Positions 34,635-43,421 of a stretch of DNA of 64,000 bases are shown piece by piece. Every line of letters begins with the position of its first letter. Positions within the stretch are counted from its first letter, which is position 1. Made by a program: the position numbers and the translations under genes. The DNA comes from Actinomycetota bacterium (GTDB lineage: Bacteria > Actinomycetota > Nitriliruptoria > Euzebyales > JAHELV01): the NCBI GenBank assembly GCA_019347695.1, contig JAHWKT010000002.1, positions 1,824 through 65,823 on the forward strand, in the 5' to 3' direction. Under the pieces are notes generated by a model that saw only the letters and a program-made list of their open reading frames with translations, did no database searches and was not told the DNA's origin.

Positions 34635-35825
34635 TCAGGCCCGGCCGCACAGGCGGTTGAAGTCGGCGACGTTGTTGCACTTCTCGAGCGCCGCCTGGTA
34701 CGGCACCCGTCCGCGCTGCACGAGGGTCGCCAGCGACTGGTCCATGGTGACCATGCCGTGCTGCTTGCCGGCCTGGATCATCGAGTACATCTGGTGGACC
34801 TTGCCCTCACGGATGAGGTTGCGGATGGCGGGGGTGGCCACCATGACCTCGGTCGCCGCAACCCTCCCGTGTCCGTCGGTGGTCTTGAGCAGCTGCTGGC
34901 ACATGACGCCCTGCAACGCCCCGCCGAGCATCACGCGGATCTGCTCCTGCTGATGGGGTGGGAAGACGTCGATCACGCGGTCGATGGTCTGCGGCGCGTC
35001 CTGGGTGTGCAGCGTGCCGAACACCAGGTGGCCGGTCTCGGCGGCCGTCAGCGCCACCTGGATGGTCTCCAGGTCGCGCATCTCACCGACGAGGATCACG
35101 TCGGGGTCCTGGCGCAGCACGTGCTTGAGCGCCGCCGCGAACGAGTGGGTGTCGGTGCCCAGCTCGCGCTGGTTGACGGTCGAGCGCTTGTGCTCGTGGA
35201 GGAACTCGATCGGATCCTCGACCGTGATGATGTGGGCCGCGCGCTCCCGGTTGACGACGTCGATCAGCGCGGCCAGCGTCGTCGACTTGCCCGAGCCCGT
35301 CGGTCCGGTGACCAGCACGAAGCCACGGGCGAGGTAGGCGAAGTTGTTGATCTGACTGGGGATGCCCAGCTCTTCGATCGACTTGATCTCGTACGGGATC
35401 GTCCGCATCACTGCGGCCATCGCGTCGCGCTGCTGGAACACGTTGACGCGGAACCGCGACGTCCCCGACAGGGCGTAGGACAGGTCGAGCTCCAGCTCGT
35501 TCTCGAAGATCTCCCGGTGTTTCTGGGTCAGGATGCCGTAGATCGCCTGCCGGATGTCGTTGGGCTGCAACGGCGCGAACCCCTCGAGCGGCTGCAGGTC
35601 GCCGTGGACCCGGATCATCGGCGGCTGCCTGGCGGTCAGGTGCAGGTCGGACCCACCCGCCGCCACCAGCGTCTCCAGCGCGGCGTCGAGGTCCAGGGCC
35701 GCGGGCTGCTCGTGGGCGAGCCGCTGCGACGGCGGACGCGGGGCGTCGCCCGGCGCCGCGGCCCCGTTCGCGCCGTCGTGGTCCGTCGTCGCCAACCCAA
35801 CGTTGTCGGCCATCTCGTCCTCCAC
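34635..35825 (-). CDS. pilT: type IV pilus retraction ATPase PilT
   Basis: Walker A VTGPTGSGKSTT, VGEMRD, GHLVFGTLHT, AIRNLIREGK (PilT signature). N-terminal extension of about 45 aa. Confidence 0.9.
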   Translation of the reverse strand: MEDEMADNVGLATTDHDGANGAAAPGDAPRPPSQRLAHEQPAALDLDAALETLVAAGGSDLHLTARQPPMIRVHGDLQPLEGFAPLQPNDIRQAIYGILTQKHREIFENELELDLSYALSGTSRFRVNVFQQRDAMAAVMRTIPYEIKSIEELGIPSQINNFAYLARGFVLVTGPTGSGKSTTLAALIDVVNRERAAHIITVEDPIEFLHEHKRSTVNQRELGTDTHSFAAALKHVLRQDPDVILVGEMRDLETIQVALTAAETGHLVFGTLHTQDAPQTIDRVIDVFPPHQQEQIRVMLGGALQGVMCQQLLKTTDGHGRVAATEVMVATPAIRNLIREGKVHQMYSMIQAGKQHGMVTMDQSLATLVQRGRVPYQAALEKCNNVADFNRLCGRA

Positions 35826-35895
35826 ATTGATGTCGCGAACGGCCTGCGGCCGGCCGTCACAGGAGACGTCGGCCGGCCACAGGAGGGGCTAAGCC

Positions 35896-37110
35896 CTACT
35901 CCTCACGGTAGTCGTCGAGCACCCAGGTGTTGCTGCCGACCTGCATGAGGTCGTCGTCGTAGTTGAACTGCCAGCCGCCCTGGTTGTCGATGGTGCCGCA
36001 GATCATCGACCCGTAGATCGCCCCCTGTGCGTTGCTGGGGTTGCCGGCGCAGTTGGACTCCGGGGCATAGATGCCCGCGGCGATCGCGCTGTGGTTGCCC
36101 AGCGACACGTCGCCACCGGCGCTGTAGATGCGCAGCTGCGTGGAGTCCGGGTCGCCACTGCCCGTGGTGCACCCGCCGGGCGGGCAGTTGATCTCGACGT
36201 CGTTGCCGATGCTGAGCTGCCCGGCCACGTAGATCTCGATCGGGCCGTTGACGATGGCGATGTCGGTGTCGAACGTCAGGTTGTCGACACAGCGTGGGAA
36301 GGTGTCGCCGTTGAGCGTCGACCCGTCGGTGGAGCTCGTGTACGAGGTCAGCGGCGTCCCGCAGCCGGCGAGCGCCTCGTCGATGAACGCGGTGCCCAGG
36401 CGCGTCCCGCCGACCTCCAGGCGGGGTCCGAAGCGGGCCGACGGGTCGACCGGTGGGTCGGCGAGCACGTCGTCGCAGTCGGTGCCGCCCGAGTGGGTGC
36501 ACCGCCCGTAATCGGGGTAGTTGTCCCAGTTGTACAGGTACACGCCGTCGACGCCCGTGCTGCTGCCGTTGAGCACGACGTCCTCGTTGCTGGCGATGAT
36601 GCCGTTGCCGGTGTACCAGGTGCTGCCGCCGTACGACGTCGCGGTGTTGCCGCCGCGCAGCGTGATCTCGGTGTCGGCGAAGGCGGCGAGGAAGAAGCGG
36701 GGCAGGTCGACCACGGCGGCCGCCACGGTCCTGGTCGCGACCTCGCCCGCCGACGTCTGCTCGGCGGCCGTCGCCTCGACCTCATAGCGCACCGACGACA
36801 CCTTGGTCGCCGTCAGGCACACGTTGCCGTCGGCGACGGCCGGGCACGTCGTCGCGCCGGCAATCGTGTAGGTCGTCCCTGCCGGGTCGGTTCGGTTGGG
36901 GTCCCAGTTGCTGCGGATGACGTTGTTCGCGGCCTCCTGCACGTACTCATCGGCCTCCTGCACCACGGTGGTGAACGACCGGTCGAACCGTGCGGTGCGC
37001 TGGTTGACGAGCACAGCGGCGACGAGCACCACGACCAGTCCGGCGACGATGATCGAGGTGAGCAGGACGGCGGGGATCGAGCCCCGGTCGCTGGAGATGC
37101 GTGGACGCAT
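35896..37110 (-). CDS. pilus-associated hypothetical protein (PilX/PilY-like; N-terminal TM anchor, no prepilin motif)
   Basis: TM segment IPAVLLTSIIVAGLVVVLVAAVLV, then a Gly/Thr/Cys-rich extracellular region. ATG is 8 nt after CGGTAGGAGG. Assignment by context. Confidence 0.5.
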   Translation of the reverse strand: MRPRISSDRGSIPAVLLTSIIVAGLVVVLVAAVLVNQRTARFDRSFTTVVQEADEYVQEAANNVIRSNWDPNRTDPAGTTYTIAGATTCPAVADGNVCLTATKVSSVRYEVEATAAEQTSAGEVATRTVAAAVVDLPRFFLAAFADTEITLRGGNTATSYGGSTWYTGNGIIASNEDVVLNGSSTGVDGVYLYNWDNYPDYGRCTHSGGTDCDDVLADPPVDPSARFGPRLEVGGTRLGTAFIDEALAGCGTPLTSYTSSTDGSTLNGDTFPRCVDNLTFDTDIAIVNGPIEIYVAGQLSIGNDVEINCPPGGCTTGSGDPDSTQLRIYSAGGDVSLGNHSAIAAGIYAPESNCAGNPSNAQGAIYGSMICGTIDNQGGWQFNYDDDLMQVGSNTWVLDDYREE

Positions 37111-37122
37111 GCGGTCGGCCTC

Positions 37123-37725
37123 CTACCGTCCGTCGCCGACGTTGCGGACGAACACGGATGTCTCGACTTCGATGGGGTCCTGGTCGGGCAGCTCACGGCG
37201 CAGGTCGAGGCGGATCTCGGCGAGATCCGACAGAGTGTCAGGATCAGGGGGTACGGGGTCCCACGGCTGCCCGTCGGCCTTGCCGAAGGCGAACACCGTC
37301 GCCGCCGGGTCCAGGTCACCGATGACCTCGCGGGTCGTGGTGCTGGTTGGGGTCGCCGACAACGGCGGGTCGTAGATCGCCCGTGTCTCGGTGATCGTCC
37401 CCGTCGCCGCGTCGACGGTGAAGGTCACACGGTGACGCACCAGGACGCCCGCGTCGTCGCGGAGCACGTTGACGATGACCTGCGTGGCCGACGCGGCGTC
37501 GACCGGGTCGGCGAACCGCAGGTCGCGCGCCATCCGCTCCGCCGCGCGCTCGAGATCGGTCAGCGCCTCGACCCGCGCACGACCGCGTTCGGACGCACGC
37601 AGACCGGACACGATGCCGTTGACGACCACGCCACCGACGATGAGCATCAGGGTCATGACGACGAGCAGCTCGACCAGGGTGAACCCGGACTCATCGCCGA
37701 TGCGGCGTACCTGTCGCGTGCTCAT
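37123..37725 (-). CDS. minor pilin with prepilin-type N-terminal cleavage/methylation motif (PilW-like)
   Basis: MSTRQVRRIGDESG|FTLVELLVVMTLMLIV. The start overlaps the upstream stop (ATGA). Confidence 0.8.
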   Translation of the reverse strand: MSTRQVRRIGDESGFTLVELLVVMTLMLIVGGVVVNGIVSGLRASERGRARVEALTDLERAAERMARDLRFADPVDAASATQVIVNVLRDDAGVLVRHRVTFTVDAATGTITETRAIYDPPLSATPTSTTTREVIGDLDPAATVFAFGKADGQPWDPVPPDPDTLSDLAEIRLDLRRELPDQDPIEVETSVFVRNVGDGR

Positions 37726-38954
37726 GGGCAATCGGCCGGGTCGTTGTGCTTCTGCACCGGCACGCTGAACGTCGCCTGGGCGACCGTGTTGTCGGCGATG
37801 CGACGCGCGTCGATCGTCAGCGTGGTCGTGGTCCGGTTGAACTGGGTACCGGCGGGGATGGTCGCGGTGAACTGGGCGCCGTTGGCGGTCGCCACGACGG
37901 GCGACATCGTGGCACCGCCGGTCTTGTCGGTCCACGACAGGTCCGCGTCGTCGCTCGTCGACACGCCGTCGACGTCGACGGTGATTGTCACGGCCTGATG
38001 CAGCGAACTGCCGCCGACGCACAGCGGCTCGCCCGGCGACAGCACCGGGTTCTTGATCGTCACCGGTGTCACCGCCGGCGCCTCCGCGAAGGTCACCGTC
38101 TCGGTCTCGGAGTCGCTGCCCAGTGACCCGGTGGCGTCGACGACGAACTCGTGGTCGCCGTTGGGGAACGCTGTCGACCCCGCGGGGATGGTCTTCTGCC
38201 ACCGGACGCCCGCGCCCGACGAGATGTCGCTGAACGCCTGGGTGCCGAAGGTCGACGGCGACGCCACCGTCAGGTTCACAGACGACGCGGCCTGCGACGT
38301 CTCGACGATCACGGTGATCGTCGAGGTCGTCGCGCCACTGCTGGTCCCGACCGACACCGGATCGACCTCGAGCGACGTGATCTCGAAGGTCGCCGACGGC
38401 GGCGGCGAGTCGAGCGGCACCTCCTCGACCGTGGGCACCCGTGTGCTGGTGTTGGCGTAGGTGTAGGCCTCACCCCGGAAGGTCCAGCCGATGTCGGCGC
38501 GGAACTCCTTGTAGTCCTGCGGCTCGGAGTCCGTCCCGGCGGCGGCCGTCCCGTCGGCCGGGTCATCGATCCAGTAGACGTTGCGCGTGACCGTGTAGTC
38601 GATGCCGTCGACGGCCCGCACGGTCGGGCTGGGGTCCGGCGCGATCGAGGTGTCGCTGCACTCAGTGGGATCGAGGACCACCGTCGTGTTTCCGCCGTAC
38701 GTCGGGCTGTAGTCGGGATCAGTGCTGTCGATCGCCGCGCAGTCCCACTCGATCGCGCGTATCCGCTCGAGCTCCTCCTGCGCGAGCTGGGTCGCGCGGA
38801 CGCGCTGCTCCTCGCGCTGCATCGACGTCAGCGATGTGATGATGACCGAGACCATCGCGGAGAGGATGATCGCCAGCAGCAGGATGGCGACCAGCATCTC
38901 GACCAGCGTGAAGCCGTCCTCCTCGGAGCGCATCGCACTCAGCTGCGCACGCAT
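37722..38954 (-). CDS. large minor pilin (PilV-like) with two tandem Ig-like modules
   Basis: SEEDG|FTLVEMLVAILLLAIIL prepilin motif, and two similar beta-rich modules of about 100 aa (..ATIPAGT.F.. pattern). Alternative start at M8 (38933). Confidence 0.75.
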   Translation of the reverse strand: MRAQLSAMRSEEDGFTLVEMLVAILLLAIILSAMVSVIITSLTSMQREEQRVRATQLAQEELERIRAIEWDCAAIDSTDPDYSPTYGGNTTVVLDPTECSDTSIAPDPSPTVRAVDGIDYTVTRNVYWIDDPADGTAAAGTDSEPQDYKEFRADIGWTFRGEAYTYANTSTRVPTVEEVPLDSPPPSATFEITSLEVDPVSVGTSSGATTSTITVIVETSQAASSVNLTVASPSTFGTQAFSDISSGAGVRWQKTIPAGSTAFPNGDHEFVVDATGSLGSDSETETVTFAEAPAVTPVTIKNPVLSPGEPLCVGGSSLHQAVTITVDVDGVSTSDDADLSWTDKTGGATMSPVVATANGAQFTATIPAGTQFNRTTTTLTIDARRIADNTVAQATFSVPVQKHNDPADCP

Positions 38955-39673
38955 GTCGCCATCCAGTGGCCGGAGAAAGTGTCCACGGATGTCTCATCGG
39001 CCCGACCATGGCTGAAGTTGAGGGTTCCGCCGTCACGACGGTCAACTTCATCAACATTGATGATCGGCCGTCGGCGGCCAGGTCCGGGCGGCGAGTGGTG
39101 GATCGCCGTCCGCTCACGGAGGCCTGCGAACGTGCGCGAGCCGGCACCGATCGCACGGAGGACCACACCGGCCTGGAGATCGGGAGGGAGCTCCGCCACG
39201 AGCATCCGCTCGCCGACGACCACCAACGGCGAGGTCGACTCGTTGAGCTGCCCACGAAGGAAGTCCGTCGGGGATTGGCCAGGTTGCCACTCGGCCGCGA
39301 GCCGCGGATAGCCGCCGATGATCAGGTGCGCGTCGATCGCTGCGGCCGGCTCGGCGCCGATCATGTCGCCGGTCTCGGCCACGGTGAACGGGTCGACGAC
39401 CATCTCCCGCAGGCGTCCGTAGAGCGGGCGTGCGTGTGTGCCCAGCAGCGCCATGGTCGACACCGCCGACCCGATCACGATCACCAGCAGAGGCACACGA
39501 GACAACGCGCGATCCCACGCGGTCTGCATCACGCCCTCGAGTGTCGGATCACCGGCGAGCAGGTAGGGGAACTCGTCGATCACGAGCACGGACGTCTCGG
39601 CCGTCGCCTCGGCTACCAGCGCGAGCGCATCGGCCCAGTCCCGCGGTTCCGCACGGCCGAGCACCGGCGCCAC
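38939..39673 (-). pseudogene. remnant of an AAA-type ATP-binding protein (Arch_ATPase/DUF234-like), lacking the Walker A end
   Basis: Retains Walker B-like VLVIDEFPYLL and ..IIGGYPRL... RAIGAGSRTF. There is no N-terminal P-loop (the ORF abuts pilB), and the C-terminal tail looks unrelated. Confidence 0.5.
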
Positions 39674-39704
39674 CTCGCATCGATGCGACTCGCATCTGTG
39701 CGAT

Positions 39705-41381
39705 CTATGTGACGACGCGGGCGATCTCCTCGAGTGTGGTGTGGCCCAGCAGGACCTTGGCCAGGCCGTCCTCGCGCAAGGTGGTCATGCCGGCCGTGCG
39801 CGCCGCGTTCGCGATCTCGTCGGTCGACCCGCCGGCGGAGATCATGCGCTCGATCGTCTCGTCGACCTCCATCACCTCGTGGACCGCGAGCCGGCCGAGA
39901 TAGCCGGTGTCGCCGCAGCGGTTGCACCCGGTCGCGCGGTACAGCCGTGGTAGCGGCGCGCCGGACCGCCACGGGATGCCCGCTGTCTGCAGCTCAGCGC
40001 CGGTCGGCGTGTACGACTCCCGGCAGTTCGCGCAGAGCTGTCGTGCGAGACGCTGTGCGAGCACGCAGTCCACTGCCGACGCGACCAGGAAGGCGTCGAT
40101 GCCCATCTCGGTCAGCCGGGTCACCGCCGAGGGCGCGTCGTTGGTGTGAAGCGTCGACAGCACGAGGTGGCCCGTCAACGCCGCCTCCATGCCGATCTGT
40201 GCGGTCTCGTGGTCGCGCATCTCACCCACGAGCACGATGTCGGGGTCCTGCCGCAGGATCGACCGCAGCGCCTTGGGAAACGTGAGGCCGGCCTTGGTGT
40301 TGATCTGCACCTGGTTGATGCCCGCGAGCCGATACTCCACCGGATCCTCGGTCGTCACGACGTTGACGTCCGGTGACGCCAGAACGTTGAGCGTGGCATA
40401 CAGCGTGGTCGACTTGCCCGATCCCGTCGGGCCGGTGACCAGAATCATGCCGTACGGCTTGCGGAAGTTGCGCTCGTAGCGGACGTAGTTGCGATCGAGG
40501 AACCCGAGATCCGACAGCTGCAGCAGGATGGCGGTCTTGTCGAGGATCCGCATCGCGACCTTCTCGCCGTACACGGTCGGCAGCGTCGAGACGCGCAGAT
40601 CGATGGCCTTCTCGGCGATGCGCACGCTGATGCGCCCGTCCTGGGGCACCCGGCGCTCGGCGATGTCGAGGTCGGCCATGATCTTGAGGCGGCTGACGAC
40701 CCCGGCGTGGATCGACCGGTGCTGGCTGGAGATCTCGTGCAGCACGCCGTCGACGCGGAACCGCACCCGCAGGTTGCGTTCGCCGGGCTCGATGTGGATG
40801 TCCGACGCCCGCGATGCCACCGCCTGCTGGATGACCGCGTTGACGAACTTGACGATCGGGGCGTCCTCGGCCTCGGCACCGAGCTGCGTGACGGTGTCGC
40901 CGGTGTCGCCGTCGTCGCCGTCGATCACGCTCTCGACGGCGTCGGACAACCCGGCGTGCTTGGCGATCGCGTCGAGGATGTCGCTGCGCGTCGCCGCGAC
41001 GGGCTGGATGTGGTGGCCGGTCAGCGTCCGGGCGTCGTCGATGGCGACCACGTTCGCCGGGTCGGCCATCGCCAGGCGCAACCGGCCCTGGTCGTCGAAC
41101 CCGATCGCGATGATGGCGTGCCGCCGCGCGAGCACATCGGGCAGCAGCGACGCGGCGACCGTGTCGATCGGGTAGCCGGCCAGCTCGACGAACTCGATGT
41201 CGAGCTGTGTCGCCACCGCTGCCATCAGCTGCTCGTCGGTGATCACGTCGCGGTCGACGAGCAGCCTCCCGATCTGCAGCTGCGACCCGCCGTGCTCGAT
41301 CTGGAGCTCGGTGAACGTCTCGGCGGCGACAAGTTCCTGGGCGACCAGGATGTCCGCGAGACTCGATGTTCGGGCGGTCAT
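39705..41381 (-). CDS. pilB: type IV pilus assembly ATPase PilB (GspE family)
   Basis: N-terminal GspII_E domains, Walker A VTGPTGSGKSTT, VGEMRDHETA, GHLVLSTLHTND, and a C-terminal CxxC..CxxC Zn motif. Start at MTARTSS. Confidence 0.92.
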   Translation of the reverse strand: MTARTSSLADILVAQELVAAETFTELQIEHGGSQLQIGRLLVDRDVITDEQLMAAVATQLDIEFVELAGYPIDTVAASLLPDVLARRHAIIAIGFDDQGRLRLAMADPANVVAIDDARTLTGHHIQPVAATRSDILDAIAKHAGLSDAVESVIDGDDGDTGDTVTQLGAEAEDAPIVKFVNAVIQQAVASRASDIHIEPGERNLRVRFRVDGVLHEISSQHRSIHAGVVSRLKIMADLDIAERRVPQDGRISVRIAEKAIDLRVSTLPTVYGEKVAMRILDKTAILLQLSDLGFLDRNYVRYERNFRKPYGMILVTGPTGSGKSTTLYATLNVLASPDVNVVTTEDPVEYRLAGINQVQINTKAGLTFPKALRSILRQDPDIVLVGEMRDHETAQIGMEAALTGHLVLSTLHTNDAPSAVTRLTEMGIDAFLVASAVDCVLAQRLARQLCANCRESYTPTGAELQTAGIPWRSGAPLPRLYRATGCNRCGDTGYLGRLAVHEVMEVDETIERMISAGGSTDEIANAARTAGMTTLREDGLAKVLLGHTTLEEIARVVT

Positions 41382-41427
41382 CAGCGACCAGCCCGCGTGA
41401 TGGGCGTGGCAAGGCAGCGGCGACCGG

Positions 41428-42471
41428 TCACGCGCTGCCCCCGCCACCGACGAGGCGCTCGAACAGCACGCGATTGGCGTCGCCCACCGCGGTGTGCTCA
41501 GCGTCGACGTCGTCCGGATCGGCGGAGCCCGAGCCGGCGTCGTCGAGCTCGGCCGGTGGCGTCGGTGCGCTGCGGACAGCCTCGTCGTCGACACGGGCGG
41601 CGGCTCCGTCGGAGTGGTGCGCGCCGACATCGGCGCCGCGGTCTCGGTCGCGGATCGCCCGTGGCTCGACGGTCGCCGACGGCCGCTTCGCGGCGGTGGC
41701 AGCGTCCGCGTACCCGCCATCGTGGAGGGCGTCGAGGCCGCCGAGCAGGTCGTCCAGTGTCGACGTGGCGCCCGCCTCGACCATCTCAACCAGGCCCTGG
41801 CTCGCCAGCTCGTGCAGCACCCGGCACGTCTGCAGATGCCCGATGCCCGACAGCTCGATGATGTCCATCAGCGGTCGCTGGCCGTCGATCAGCGACAAGA
41901 CCCGCCACTGCGCTGTGCTCAAGGTGATCTCGTCGAGGCCCGCACCGTCGGGCACGACGCTGCACACCCGTGTCAGCTCGCCGGCCACCGCCGACAGCTG
42001 TGACCACTCGGCGACGCGTTCGTCGACGACCTCGAACGCCTCGTCCAGATCGAGGACGTCGAACGGCCAGCCGTCGAGCTGGTCGGAGCTCTCGAACAGG
42101 AACCGTGTCTCGTCACGGCGGATCAGCCAACCCAGAGTCTCGACGGTGTGCTCGCGGTACACCTCGGCCGCCGACTCCTGGTCGGCGGTCTCACGCGCGA
42201 GGAGCGCGGCCATGTCCACCGCGTCACCCGAGCGCTCGGCACCCAGCTGACGCAGCCGGCCGACGTCGATCGCGCCGACGTTGACCATTCGCGCGGCCAG
42301 GCCGTGCACCCCACCAATGTCGAGCAACGCCAGGCACACCCCACCACCGAGGAACGCGATGCCCGCGTGGGTCTCGGCGTTGCGCAGCTCGAGCACTCCC
42401 GACGACGAGGTCGTGGCGAGGAACCGCAGGATCTCTCGAAGGGAGAAATCCGACAGATCCCCGGTGAACAT
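41428..42471 (-). CDS. DUF4388-domain protein (two copies) with disordered acidic C-terminus
   Basis: MFTGDLSDFSLREILRFLATTSSSGVLEL matches the DUF4388 start. A second similar module appears around WRVLSLIDGQRPLMDIIEL. Confidence 0.6.
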   Translation of the reverse strand: MFTGDLSDFSLREILRFLATTSSSGVLELRNAETHAGIAFLGGGVCLALLDIGGVHGLAARMVNVGAIDVGRLRQLGAERSGDAVDMAALLARETADQESAAEVYREHTVETLGWLIRRDETRFLFESSDQLDGWPFDVLDLDEAFEVVDERVAEWSQLSAVAGELTRVCSVVPDGAGLDEITLSTAQWRVLSLIDGQRPLMDIIELSGIGHLQTCRVLHELASQGLVEMVEAGATSTLDDLLGGLDALHDGGYADAATAAKRPSATVEPRAIRDRDRGADVGAHHSDGAAARVDDEAVRSAPTPPAELDDAGSGSADPDDVDAEHTAVGDANRVLFERLVGGGGSA

Positions 42472-42638
42472 GCAGATCGTCCTTGCAGCAGGAGCACAGC
42501 AGGCTGCGGTGTCCGGGTCCGCCGTCGGTCACGACCGCCGTCACAAGATCGCTGGGGTGACCGACGGCTTGGTGGCACGGTCACGGCGTCGGTGCGACCA
42601 GTCGGCCTGACGCGTGACGGGTTGAGCAGACCGACGAG

Positions 42639-43040
42639 CTACCGTTCCAGAGTCGGCGGCGCGACGACGTCGCACGGCGCCGGCGCACCGGCCAGTCGGT
42701 GATCCGTGGTGACGAGCGAGCACGACCGTTCCTCCGCGATCGCCACGTACAGTCCGTCGAGGACACGGATCCGGGTGGCCCGCGCGGCTGCACGCCGGAG
42801 GTGAGCCGCGGTCGGTGCCACCAGCTCCTGCGGAAACGCCGAGAACTCTGCCAACGCGTCATGCAGCGCAGCGTCGTCCAGCACACCTGCGCGCCATAGC
42901 CGGCACAACGCAGACAGCACCTCGGCCGGTTGCTGGCTTGGAGCGCTGACATCGGCGCCGTCGACCTGGTCGAGCACCCACCCGGCGGGTGGCCGATCGA
43001 TCAACACATCGACGAGCGCTGCAGCGTCGAGCACGATCAT
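42639..43040 (-). CDS. vapC: PIN-domain toxin VapC (second pair)
   Basis: MIVLDAAALVDVLI...LVTTDHRL. The ATG sits in a GTATGA overlap with the end of the antitoxin's second frame. Confidence 0.8.
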   Translation of the reverse strand: MIVLDAAALVDVLIDRPPAGWVLDQVDGADVSAPSQQPAEVLSALCRLWRAGVLDDAALHDALAEFSAFPQELVAPTAAHLRRAAARATRIRVLDGLYVAIAEERSCSLVTTDHRLAGAPAPCDVVAPPTLER

Positions 43041-43250
43041 ACGCCGAAGTCGCCGCGAACATCGTCGAGGAGTGAGGCCGTGTCGACAGCCTCCGTCGAC
43101 GCGACTCGCGGTGGACGGGCGCGAACACGCGCGACCCACGATCGCGTCCGCCGTGCGCGCAGCGCGCACCGCCTCCTGCGCGAGCGTGGATATCGACAGG
43201 TCGAGGTCACGCGCTGCGCGGTAGAGATCGTCCGGCAGATACACACTCAC
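43037..43250 (-). pseudogene. vapB: VapB-type antitoxin with an apparent 1-nt frameshift
   Basis: N-terminus VSVYLPDDLYRAARDLDLSISTLAQEAVRA is in the frame that reads through into vapC. A plausible C-terminus ..ARVRARPPRVASTEAVDTASLLDDVRGDFGV* is in another frame ending in the ATGA overlap. Confidence 0.55.
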
Positions 43251-43421
43251 CTTCGGTATACCCCGAGTGTACCCCTACTCTGCGGTCGACGGCTTCGGAT
43301 CGTTCGTAGCGATTCCAAGCTGGACCGGATCGACGGTGATCCGGATGCGATCGTCGGTGATCCCGACGAGCTCGTCCATGTGGCTGGACACACGCCTGAC
43401 GGCGCGCACATCGACGGCCCG

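Noticed and set aside
39705-41789. 694-aa version of PilB with a 136-aa N-terminal extension
   Set aside because: The extension is Arg/Pro/Ser/Thr-rich and overlaps the DUF4388 gene. The GspE homology begins at MTARTSS (41381).
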